Source of the DNA: Phallusia mammillata
Lineage: Eukaryota
NCBI GenBank assembly: GCA_965637545.1
Contig: OZ281500.1
Coordinates: forward strand, 16,492,001 to 16,556,000
Direction: 5' to 3'
DNA: 64,000 bases
Part shown: positions 11,801 to 23,801 of the stretch, piece after piece
How positions within the stretch are numbered: the stretch's first letter is position 1
Layout: each line of letters starts with the position of its first letter
Translations under genes and position numbers: made by a program
The notes under the pieces: generated by a model
Seen by the model: the letters and a program-made list of their open reading frames with translations, nothing else
What the model was told of the DNA's origin: nothing
Databases searched by the model: none

Positions 11801-14800
11801 GAACAAAATAGGATAATACGAGGTTTTTTTTGCAAAACTTGTGAAAATTTTCGCGAAATTCCATTTTTAAACGCATTAGACCAGTTTACCACAATTTAGT
11901 AATTTATCTCCCGTTTACCGAATAAGTCATGTTTTTAAATTTTGCTAACCTCTCGCGTTTTGCTATGTGGTTTGGGGAGATGGTATTACTTCCCTAATCA
12001 CACATCTGGCGTGTGTCATTTCGGGAGGAAACACATTTTAAATATCATCCCTTACTGTCAAAACAAATATCTGTCGCACAATGAGTTTTTACGCCATGCG
12101 TTGTCAGCACATTAAAAAGAAAAACTTTGCAAAAACTTATCTAATTTAGGGAGTTTTCTTTAAACCACTCTGGCTAACACTCCGTATCACAGGTCGTTTA
12201 ACAGATGGCAGCCTAAGGCTGGGTTTATCACAGGTAAGCCAAAAAAGTGAAGGTTGTTTTTTGCTGGTGTGGAGTTTTTTCCTTGCTAGCTACTGTGGCA
12301 ACCGTGTCGTGACATTCTTTAAATGGAGCTGTTGTCGTGCGTGTGGCGCCGTTCAACGCCCAGATTATGATTTCGATGGGTTTGTCGTGTGCTGCAGTGT
12401 ATCGATGACAAAAAAGGCGGCCCCTTTCACCCAGCACATTTGTTTGTGATTTTCGTGATTCTTTGGTCACTGATCGGCGCCTTTTACGACGTCATAGTCA
12501 TTTGTTTGTTGGCAATCGTGAGAGTTTTGAATTGTTTGAGTGTGGCGGGTTGGTTCAGATCACAATTTTATGTTTTCGGATGGATTATTTTTTGAGATCA
12601 TTGATCGTATTTTGTACAAATCATCATTTTGATATCCACTTTAAGACACCAATGGCCAAGATTTAACAACGCGCTTTATTGTGCGTGATCAGTTAATGCA
12701 AAAAATTGCGACAAAACGCGCCTAATCAATTGGCGTTGTACGTTAAAATGAAAAAAAAAGTCAAAAAGGTCTTTCACTTGTAGTTTTTTTGTATTGTCAC
12801 GATTTACCGCACTTAAGCCACACAAAACTTTTCTCAAGGCCTGGTAGAATGCCTAAATGAGCATTTCGTAAAACTATAATGCACGGCATTAAAACATAGA
12901 TGATAACTTTGGGTTGTTAACACCAAAAAAAAAATCGTAACAAAATTCCCTATGCAAGTAGCATTGTCTTTATCTGAAAGCACATGAGTCATACGAACCT
13001 TGATCACAAAAAAGATTTTGTCAATCATTGATTGATTTGACCTTGAGTTATTGCATGGCGTGCAGTACGTTGTTTCAAGACATGATGAAGCAATCGAAAA
13101 TATTTGACAGGATCATAATTTAGAACATGCACGTAGAGTTAATGCATAGTTGTGTGTTTAGAAAGTAGCTAATGTTAATTCACATTAGATTTTTACCATA
13201 ATCACGATGATTTTAGCAGTAAAGAAACTTGAAATATTTGTACGTTGTCACATTTTTGCTTTATTATCCATATGGTCAAACGTTACGCATTAAACAATAA
13301 TTTTTTCCAAATTTCCGCTCAGCAACTTTACCACGAGTGACAACGTATATCTAATTAAGCGGTGGAACAAACACTAATGTCCTTGACGAAAGGAATATGT
13401 CACACGTGAATTATCTGCCTTAAATTATTCATGACACAAATAACATTTTTGTGCCACAACCTTGGAACATTCAAGAAAACGCCACCTAATTAGACGTAAC
13501 CGCTTTATCATAGAGTGCAGAATTTGAAATCAGTCGCAGGTTAAACCGACATTTTCTGGAACGCGTAATTGATTAGGTTTAAATAATCAGTGTCCAAATT
13601 GATTTTCCGTATTTTTCTTAAAGTCCTAATAGAAAAAAAAGCTTCAAAATTTGGGCCGGAATGGCCAATTGAATTTTACGGGTTGGGATTAGATTTCGGC
13701 GGAAATAAAATGAAGTTAACCTTTGGCGTAAAAGCTAATTCACTCACATGGTTCCTGATAAATTCGCTTGACCGATTTCACCCTTGGCACTTTGCTACAG
13801 GAACCTTTAAATACTAGCTACGTCCAAGTTTATCAGACTTGATGTCATGGAATGGTTACAAAGTGATTTCGTTAATTTTAGTCGACTTTTGGGAAATATT
13901 TGGTATCATTCTGCTAGCATCATAATTCAAACATTAACACAAACGCAAATCGAGACGTAATTTGTTAATTGTTATCCATGTGCTTCGATATTTTAGGTTA
14001 TTCCTTTGTGGAGGCTAACATGGCCCTCATAGGGTTGCGATAACTCCGCGAAGTGATATATTTGCCTTCACCGTCATCAAAATTTAAAATGCGCCTTTAA
14101 ATGCGAAACTCGTTTCATTTTATAACTTGTGGTTGCAATAAGATACTGAAATAATGATAACCCCTTAAAACAAAGAAATATAGCTCTTTTTATTGCATTT
14201 AGTGTAGTGTCTGCATTTAGTGTAGCAATATTTTGGGTTCGAAACAACTTTTCTAGGACCTCCTCAGTTATTTTGTCATAAACTTTCAAGAGGTGTGGAC
14301 CTGGCAAAAATGTAGTCGCCTTTGCCCAGTGATTAAAACGCCAACGATATTTTTTGTCACAGTAGCTTCTGGTCCATTCAAACTCACTCGTCTATGAAAC
14401 TGCGCAAAGTTGTTTCGTCCACAAAAAGTAGCCTACCTTCCTTGCTCCTAGAGCTTGGGGTTAAAACAGTCCTAAAAAGAATGCTTCTTTCAACGAGCCA
14501 GACACAATAATAAACACCAAAACCGGAATATATTGTATGGATTTGCGCCCACCTCCCGTTGTGTATTTGTTGGCGACCAAGTTGATCTTGTTATCTTAGG
14601 ATTAGACCAATTATAAACATATGTTGTACAAATATGCCTCCGATTATTAATCAACATAAAAATACTGCCATCTTAGTTACTTTAGACAAATTTTTTAACC
14701 CTCCCAAAACGTTGTAGAACGACGGTTCATCGAAAAACTTGTAAATAAATGTTAGTTTTTACCGAATTCTTAAGAGAGCTTTAGCGCCACATTGTGTCCA

Positions 14801-17750
14801 TTCCACACTAGCATTTTTTCAAATTTTTTGTTGAAAATCTTGGTTGCAGTCGGCATGTATCAATGGGGTTGCCGTGGTTACAGTGACGTGTTCATTATTT
14901 TTTGTCACCTTTCCCACCCAGGAGGTCCTACCCCAGGGTTAGTTGTTGGTGTTTGTGTGCGGGGTGCCAAGTGTGAACAAACAGAGGCGAGTTTTTGTTT
15001 GATTTCGTGACATAGGAGCGGTGGCGGTGTAGGAACGACAAACGATTTTAAAACTCAGTGACAGTTGATATGCGAAAATAACATACAACACATGTGCAAA
15101 TTAGTTCTATGCACTGTGCATTCGAAAGTCATGTAACTAGGCCATAGTAATAGTATTGTTTATGACACTGGTTAGAATAATCCCATTTTTCTCCCATTAA
15201 AACACCCAAGCTAATACGATAATATAATATTTTTCCACAAAGCAGTATTCAACACACACCATAACTTATTCAAACAACACATACTGCAACATGTTGTACG
15301 TAGCCAGTAATCAGGTTAATAATTAATTGTCGTACACGACGATATGCTGTAAGTTATTTTCGTCTTGCCCAAGTCAACGTGGCAAATATACGGTGCCAGC
15401 CTGTCAGGAAGGAATTAGTGTAAAGCTAAAACGTAGCGCAGGCACCCAGCCAATCGGGAAGGAATAAAGGCTTTTATATTTTCCGTTAATTCCCGACAAA
15501 CTTTCAGGGCTGCCATACGGTTTTGGTTTATTACAAAAGTAACGTTTGGTATTAAAATTAAGAGCGTGGTAATTAAATGGTTTGAGATTTCCAGTGTTAA
15601 AAATTTGTCTGGTGGTAATTTGTTGTGCAAATGTATAATGTAAGTAATTGGGTCCCATCAACCGAACGCTCACTACAGACACCGACGCAATTTGCACGAA
15701 GAAATAGGGCTTTTTACCAAAATGTACAAACATGTAACAAGCTGTTTTTTTACAGAGCCGTCCCAGCTGTTTACACCCAATACCCCCAGCATGCGGCTGC
15801 TTATGTTACAAACAACGGTCTCCTAATTCCAGCCGCTCATACAGCTCAACCTACATCACCTTTCATCGATTACTCAGCGTACTTTGCCCAGCTATCAGGG
15901 GCATATGCAACTGATGTTGCGGCCACGGCGGGAAACGGTAAGCCATGGTTGTCAATAGTTCTTATCAGAACAAAAAAATCCCTTTTGAACGTAGTCCTAA
16001 TGGTTGTTTGGTCTTGAAAACACGGTTGCTATGTGTCCAACACAAGAAGCGTCTATTTCACTCTTCTTAGCATTTCTTGTTTTTACTTTGTATGTAGAAT
16101 GAGGCACAAGTTGTAATGTCGAAGTGCTTTATTTAACTAACATTACTATAGCATATTGAGCCACTCCATGTGTGACTCAATGGTTTACTGAAACATCCAC
16201 GAAAAATCCAACCTTACACGTTTCATATAACATGGGAAATTAAACTTAATAGTTTCCACGTCCTGGAAACGGGGTATCGTTTGTCTCATTTAACACCTTT
16301 TCATCAAATCATAGTCGAACAAACAAAACTAAACTACCGTAACAACAAAATGTTTTTTTTGCTGTTTGCTGAGTTTATCTATTTCATTCAAGTCGGCAAA
16401 GAAAAAAACGTACCATAAACTTGCAACCATTGCTGTGACATTTTTTTAGGTGGGCTGTCATTATACTTTGATAGTAGAGCTATTTTGATTAGGTTTTTAA
16501 CAATGGTTGTGACGTCATCTGCGCAAAACCACTTTTACATTACGAGGTAAAAATTATTGTACCAACTGTGGTTATAGCAAAAATGCTTATGACAAAAATA
16601 AACAATGTTTAATGGAACTGCCGGATGAGTTGTAACGAGTCGAAGGCAACAAGGTATGTTACATGTAAATGCAGGAACGAAAATAGTAAAACCGGAAAAG
16701 GCACCTCATATCCTTGATGTATTATTCCCTGCCAGTAACCGACACACATAATGCACATAGCCCCAACGAGAGTATAAACTTTGACAACAACTAAATGTGT
16801 TAGTATCCGCAATCAAAACGTTTGTTCTGTGCTTCTCCGTTCAACTGTTTTACTGCGTACATGTGGTACAACACTAAAGGACTACCGTACATACGCTGGG
16901 GAGGTCGTTGTCGTTTCGAAACAACTTCCTCATTAGTACCCAGAAATTACCTACAAATTTCAGTTCAGAGCTGATATAACATTATGTTTCCACTACGCAT
17001 ATTGTGTGGCTTTTTGTGCACACAATTGTGTTGTTAATATCCACTGTATTGTTAATCTTGTTTAATCTTTGGTTAAATATGTTTGCATTATAATGTGAAC
17101 TCTAAAAACGCACAATTATACGACACGAAATAGTTGTGTTAATAAATTGGAGCCCGAACCTTTTGTTCCAGGTGTCAAATTGAAGTCCAGAACAACAGTT
17201 TGACTTGTACTTAAATTAAATTTTTGTTATCAAAACAAACACAGTTGTAAATGATTTGTGCGATGTTGTCCGTCATACCACCAAATTTGTTATTATCAAA
17301 GGAGTATATAGAGTCACTTATGACATTACCTTTAGAATTTTTGCTTGTATTTTTGTGTGAAGATTTGTGCTTCTATGTAGCTATGTAAAGTAAAGTTAAC
17401 AAACTATCGGAACAAAAAACTTATCGAACGCTATGCAGTAATGACACGATTTTATATTTCCAGCTTCATATGCGAACGCATACGCTGCAGCGCCTTTGCA
17501 TCACCACGTCGGTCAACACCCAACAGCAGCCGCTCTTACGCCCACTAGCGTCACTGGAGCAGCTCAACTATTTGCCGCAGCCGCAGCGCCAAACCAAGCC
17601 GCCACCATCAACGCTTATCAGGGACTTCCAGGCTTTCCAGCGGCCAGTGTTGCTGCGGCTTATGCGGCAGGGAACTTGGGCGCCGGCGCTCCGACCCCGA
17701 TGACCCAGCTGACTGCACAGCTGCAACAACAGGCTGCTGACCGACTGTAA
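5890..17750 (+). CDS. RBM24: RNA-binding protein RBM24/RBM38 (single RRM); exons 5890-6057, 7692-7818, 11262-11310, 15756-15937, 17464-17750, with an in-frame upstream extension from about 5041/5185
   Basis: [24 protein letters not shown]...[20 protein letters not shown]|[37 protein letters not shown] is the RBM24/38/SUP-12 RRM. All junctions are GT-AG with consistent phases (0,1,2,1). The Ala/Tyr-rich tail contains 'SPFIDYSAY' and ends [10 protein letters not shown], compared with vertebrate QLQTDRMQ. Confidence 0.93.
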
Positions 17751-19204
17751 GCGGATTTCTCTGCTATACCACTGTGCACTCATGGTGAGGAACATGTTTT
17801 TGCTGATGCAACGAACACTGGTGACGTCTATCGTATTGTTTCTGCACAGGGATATATACTCTATGATTGGTGAAGTCACGTTTTGTGGGGGTAACGGGTT
17901 AACGTTAGATGCGCCTAAGATAAAGCCAGGCGAAAAAGGAAAACTGCTAGCAATGATTAATAGTCGCTCCTTTCGTTAACATATTTGATGTCCCTGTCCA
18001 AATGCGTATAATTTATTATCAATTCTATCGCTCTATTTTTCTTTTCCATGGTATCACGTGGTATATAGAATCTAATTCATGAAATACTGAGGTTCTTGCC
18101 AAAGTACGAAAAAATATCAGCCGCAAAATTATTTTCCTTCGGGTATGTCCTGTTCTGATGTCACTATTAGCCTTTTCTTGCTTCGTAGAAAAGCTGTTAT
18201 TTTTCGTTCCTTATCCCACTTAGTTGCAAAATGGGCTATCGTACGCAACAGCACGTTTAATGCGTCGCATTTGTTCTGTTCATTTTTCATTCGTATTTGT
18301 TTCGGAAAGTAGGTAAATTGTCATGTGCCTCCGCTACCTATAAAGGTCTTTGACTTGTGCTTCGCTGTCTCGGAGAAGACTCTTGCTTCTCAGTGTTTCC
18401 CATTCGTTTATTTTTCAGGAGGCCCAGTGTTTACCGCGCAATTTTTCGCAAACTTTGTTTTACATGGCTTTAGTTCGGTTCAGTCGCATCTTATTGTTAG
18501 GTTTAAGCCTCATTCGATACTAACTTCAGTAATTTAACCTACTTTGGTTTTCTATTCATTATTATCAGTTGATATTTTGTTACTGTTATATTCACTATCT
18601 ACTCGACGTAAGCCATTGTCCTTGTCACACTATGCACGCAATGCTGTCTCGCCACTATCGGCGCCATTTCGCTTGAACTCTCATGAATCCCCGACTTGTT
18701 ACATCTTTACTTGTAGGTACGATGTTATATTAGGACGACATAGTATTTCATTAGGCACGCTAATTGTGTTTGGTTAGTATTTTGGAGGGAAACCCCGGGT
18801 TAAAGACTCCGAGGCTAAACTCCGAGGTTAAAGGCTAAACATGTATTGAGAAAAATCTTGTGTAATTTACGTAGATGTAAATAAAACTTACCCGCCAAAC
18901 TTTGTGGTTTTACTGACAGAGCAGATTTTGGCCCGAAAACAAAAACTTGTTCCTTACAGAATGTGTGTTTACAAAAACTTCTGCTTAGCAGTAAACAATA
19001 AAGCGGTATTGCTACAATCTAATAAAACCCCAACCAAAAATCGTATCCAATTTGTTCGAAGCAAAACAAAATGAACCACAAACGCCACTTCTGCCCATCT
19101 ATTGACTCTAAAGTCTAAACTGTTCAGTTGGTAAATCTTTTCTTATTATTGAAATCTCCTTGCAAGTAAAACAACCGCGACGACTCAGATCAAGACAATT
19201 CAGT

Positions 19205-19495
19205 GTGAAAAAGCACTAAATCTGTCGCTGTGTTTTATTTGTTTATCAAAACAAATGCCTATCGCTTTTATAAGCATCATCAGTGTCTAAAAACAAAATA
19301 AAAAGCGGGATAAAACCAATAAATCAAGCAAAAAAATACAAAAAGTCCACACCCCCGGACCAACCGCAAGAAACCTCTCTTCTGCCTTACATGACTACAA
19401 ATGCAGACCAGCAGGTATGATGATGCTTATAAATGCGAAATGCATTTGTTTTGATAAACAAATAAACCACAGCGACAGATTTAGTGGTTTTTCAC
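19205..19495. repeat. inverted repeat (arms 19205-19282 and 19418-19495) with degenerate hammerhead-like cores; probable Penelope-like element termini
   Basis: Two ~78-bp arms are reverse complements with a few mismatches. The consensus CTGATGA-T-GCTT-ataa-AAGC-GAAA-TGCAT is followed by AATAAA. Confidence 0.7.
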
Positions 19496-19737
19496 GCTTA
19501 ATTTTTCTGTTCAGTTGGTGTTATATTTTGGCCGCAAATAGGCAGTATGGAGGCGTCGAGCAGCAAACTTGATAAAATCGTAGATGGAATAATGTTTAAC
19601 CAATCCTGTAGAATCCTATTCGACCTTACCTGGGAGCTTTGGATTTTTACACTGGTTGTCTGTAAGTTGAAACTCATTGGACCTTTGTCAAGAAATCGCA
19701 CAGATTGTAATATTTCGGCACGTCACCCACATTATTT

Positions 19738-20021
19738 GGTAGAGCTACTAACACCATAACGAGAATCACACCCCAAATTTGATCGGTTACATCTCCAAAA
19801 ATGCTCTCCGTTAGGGCTATTAGGGTCGTGGTAAAGTATTAGCACTTAAAATTCAAAAAAACTAACCCAAAAAATTAGTTACTAATGTAAAAATTTTATG
19901 TAAATATTTCCCAACCCATTTATAGCCGCTAAATTTCAGCTCTTTTAAAAAAAATTCAGCTCTTTACGCCCCCTTGTGAAAGCGAATTTGTGATTCTCGT
20001 TGTGGTGTTAGTAGCTCTACC
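19738..20021. mobile_element. MITE, probable Mutator/MULE superfamily
   Basis: TIR GGTAGAGCTACTAACACCA(T/C)AACGAGAATCACA at both ends. Perfect 9-bp target-site duplication ACATTATTT at 19729-19737 and 20022-20030. Confidence 0.85.
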
Positions 20022-20100
20022 ACATTATTTGGCACTGGTTAGAAAACGATCTACACTGGTTTATTATGAGCAATACAAAATACCACTAGACCCCATCGAG

Positions 20101-20164
20101 TTAGTCTTAGAAGTTAGCCATTTATGACGTACTTTAGTCTTAGAAGTTAGCCATTTATGACGTA
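20101..20164 (+). repeat. 33-bp tandem duplication
   Basis: TTAGTCTTAGAAGTTAGCCATTTATGACGTA occurs twice with a 33-bp period. Confidence 0.9.
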
Positions 20165-20654
20165 TTTATGACCCAACATTGTGGTGCAACTTGACTGTGG
20201 TAAACGGCGGAAAACGTGAAATAAATCAGAAAATTTTAAGATACTACAAAGAAAGTTTACTTTAATCAGTTGGCTCAATCAAAGTAGAAAAACATTGATG
20301 TTTGCTTTTGTTTGATGGTGTCATCATAGTTGTTTAGCAAGTGAAAGCGGGCTACCTCGCAGTTTTCCTGTGTTAAGGTTCAATACCACACCGTCACAAT
20401 TCTTGACCTGATTCTGCAGCGACTGCGACTTTAGTTTGTGCTCATTTTGCAATATTGCTAACGAAATTACCTCGTTTTGACTTGTCAACTCAAAGCTCGC
20501 AAGAAAGTCAATTAGTCAACCGGATCGCCAAATCAAGTTTGAACTTTGGGATATTTCCTGTCGCAGTTAAGTAGGATAGGGTTTCGATGTGACTTTGTGA
20601 TCTGGTGTTTACGTGGTTAGTTGGGTAGAGCTACTGACGCGGTGCCTCCTAGGA

Positions 20655-20969
20655 CAGTGGTTCTCAACTCGTTTCGGGCCATGGACCACCGGCCCAGTAA
20701 AAATAATATCGTGGACCATTTTGCTTTTGAACAAGATTGAAGTACGCATACGAAACAACCATTTGGGCATGAATCATAAACTTAATTCTTTAAAACCGAT
20801 TTTCAAGAAGTGAGATACAATTATTAAAAGCTAAGATTTTGATACTCTTTCAACATGTAAAATGCAATCATCTCTAGTTTATCACTACATATAGTGGACG
20901 TCCTGTGGACCACCCAAAAAGTGATCATGGACCACTGGTGGTCCATGGACCACCACTTGAGAACCAATG
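20655..20969. mobile_element. hAT (Charlie-like) MITE nested in another repeat
   Basis: TIRs CAGTGGTTCTCAA / TTGAGAACCAATG, 8-bp TSD TCCTAGGA (20647-20654, 20970-20977) and internal GGACCAC repeats. Confidence 0.88.
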
Positions 20970-21105
20970 TCCTAGGAGATCCAAAAGTGCCTAATTTTTA
21001 AAACGGTATATCTCAAAAAATGCTAACGGTTAGGGCTATTAGGGTCGGGGTAAGGTATTAGCATTTAAATTTCAATAAAACTAACCCAAAAAATTAGTTA
21101 CTAAT

Positions 21106-21547
21106 GTAAAATTTTTAAACATTTGCATCCTAAACCAACCCTCTTTAGCCGCTAAATAAATCATTCAGCTCTTTACGCCACCTATCGAAAATTAAGCACT
21201 TTTGGATCTCCTAGCTGGTAGAGCTACTAACACTGAGCTTGGGCTGGCCCCCGGCCTGGGAATTTCTGGTAGGTGGCGCTAAGGAGTATTGGCGTTTATG
21301 GTGCTGTTACAGCAATTTGGGTTTATAGTAAGAATAATTGCTGAGTCAGCACCATAAACGCCTATGCTCTTTTGCGCCACCTACCAGAAATTCCCAGGCC
21401 GGGGGCCAGCCCAAGCTCAGTGTTAGTAGCTCTACCAGCTAGGAGATCCAAAAGTGCTTAATTTTCGATAGGTGGCGTAAAGAGCTGAATGATTTATTTA
21501 GCGGCTAAAGAGGGTTGGTTTAGGATGCAAATGTTTAAAAATTTTAC
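21106..21547. repeat. ~440-bp near-perfect palindrome containing a GGTAGAGCTACTAACAC-TIR element (21217-21436)
   Basis: Arms 21106-21279 and 21374-21547 (174 bp each) read as exact reverse complements. Pairing continues with a few mismatches to a loop of about 18 nt. Confidence 0.9.
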
Positions 21548-23801
21548 TTCTATTTGACTTGTGCTAGCTTATATCAACGTTTCTTCTTTTGTCAAGAAGC
21601 AATAAACAAATAAAACGTAATGCAAGACACCTGTGTAAAGTTTCCAGGACTTTGAAGGACGTACGTGGTACCTGTTTAATTTGTGGTGACGCGGTTAACC
21701 TTGAGACTCATTAGCAAACATAACACAAACCTATCTCGATCACGCACACTAAAATAGTTTACTCGGTACGGCCATGAGTATAACAAGGCCCCTTTGTCTG
21801 TAACGTAATAAGTGCTGGTCTTTATTATGTATATATGCATGATCTACATGCTAACTTTTTGACAAGAAGTGTCGTACAGAGGTCCCTGGTCGGAACCCAG
21901 TGGCGCCCAATTGAATCGAACCAACGGCTTTAAAGAAACAAGGAAACACACAACTCACGTGGTCAAAACCCACTGATCAATTATAATCGACCTCGGCTTT
22001 CTTTGGTTGGTAACACCACAAATTTTAATTGGAATGCTGCGAAAGGCAAAGGCAGGGGAGAAATTAAAAGTTAATACTTAATGCGCCGGGGGTTAATTTC
22101 CTCACCTTATAGTGGAAACAATGTGCCAAAAAATTAAACACTTGGAACGTAAACGTGAACGTTACTGATATATGTGAAAAATAGTAAACGCGTATAACAC
22201 GAAAAACACAGCATGGGTTTAAGATATACATGGTTAAGCATACTAAAAACAATTTATGACAAACCTAGTAAATTGAAGAAACTTTAAGGTTCACGAACAC
22301 AGACGGCTAATATAAAACAAGATGATAAAGTGGCAACACAAATAGTATGGCAACAGCCCTGTCAGTCAAAAACAGACTTTGGATTATATTTCACAACCAA
22401 TCAAAAATAGATGCAGACATTTATTACCCGAGTTTAGTTTACACGCATTACAAAATATCATGTTTTTCTCAAAATCTATCTGGACAAAATTTCTGATTCT
22501 GATGTCCACTAGCAAGCTTTACTTTCGAATTTCCAACTTCTGACTGACTTTAATTCAAGAAAGCCCATTTGATCCGATTAATTCAAGTTACTTCGCTTTA
22601 CTTTGCTGCCTGAAACTAGAACACGACAAGAAACTTTTTAATTAAAGATTGCAGAAAAAAGAAAAAAAACGAACAAATCGCTTATCACGCCACGAAATGT
22701 TTCTTTGAATTGGAATAAAAGAGCCGAAATTTCATTGTCTGGTGAACAATGTAGGCCTACTTCATATGCTTAAAAGGACACTGAAAGAGGCTGCTCACTT
22801 TCATAAATATACAGCATAATAAGCCTAGGTTTAAGTGATAAAAAACGATATTAGGTCGAAGATTTATAATCCAGCATATATTAAGTCGGCTTTTAACTCC
22901 CACCATCAACTCATATGACAACAATCTCAGAAAGAAAGAAAGAAAATTGAAAACGAAAAAGGACTGTCACGCTTAAGTGGACATGAGCCAGATAGAAGAC
23001 TTTGGTGAAAGCGTTTGTATACATTTCAGATTCAATGAAAAGAGGGCAAAACTCAAGCAGTACTTGTTGACTTATAATTTCATTTTAGTTTGCTGATTCT
23101 AAAGCAGTAAAGTGATTGTTCCAGTGTTGTTACTACGCTTAGTTGTACTTGTATGAGTTTAGTTTAGTTATCTGGTTGTGTTGAGTTAAATTAAGTTTAT
23201 TTCGCTTGGAAAAAGACAACACAGCAACACAACTGCATACTATCAGTTATTTTGCTAACTGATAAAAAAATGAGATTTTAACTTTTATATCTCCTAATTA
23301 GCAAGATCAAAAATTGTAGTTATTGACATCCAAATGATTAGAATACCTCGTAACAGGTGTGAAGACGGTATTGTCGCTGTTCGTTTTGACGCGAATTTTA
23401 CAAACGACCAGCGTGGTAAAGCTTTTTAGGACACATTTTAGATCGGTCACGACCCTAACACGAGTATAACCTGCACAAGTTCAGTGTGCGTCGCAGGAGA
23501 CCGGCATTTTTTGTTTAAAACTGAAACGGGTACTGGTTTTGTTAACCAAGCCTAAGTAACTTGTTAGACCTAAGTAAATTATTTTCTTATCGTGCTAAGT
23601 ACAGCCTATTTTCCCAATGAGTTGATTTCTGAGCAAGATAACTCTTGAAATTGTTACATGGGATCTGGGCAGAAAGACGAACAAAAACAAAAAAACTATT
23701 TTTAGAAAACTATCACATGATTTACTGCCAACTTTTCGTTGCCAACGGTGTCGACAAAAACATACCAAATATTAATTTGCAGGTTCGAAACAAAAATCAA
23801 C

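Noticed and set aside
13997-14043. Alternative terminal RBM24 exon ([15 protein letters not shown]) following the 12233 donor
   Set aside because: It is phase-compatible but has no homology or other support.
21880-21910. tRNA/SINE-like GGTCCCTGGTCGGAACCCAG
   Set aside because: The B-box is degenerate and there is no A-box or cloverleaf.
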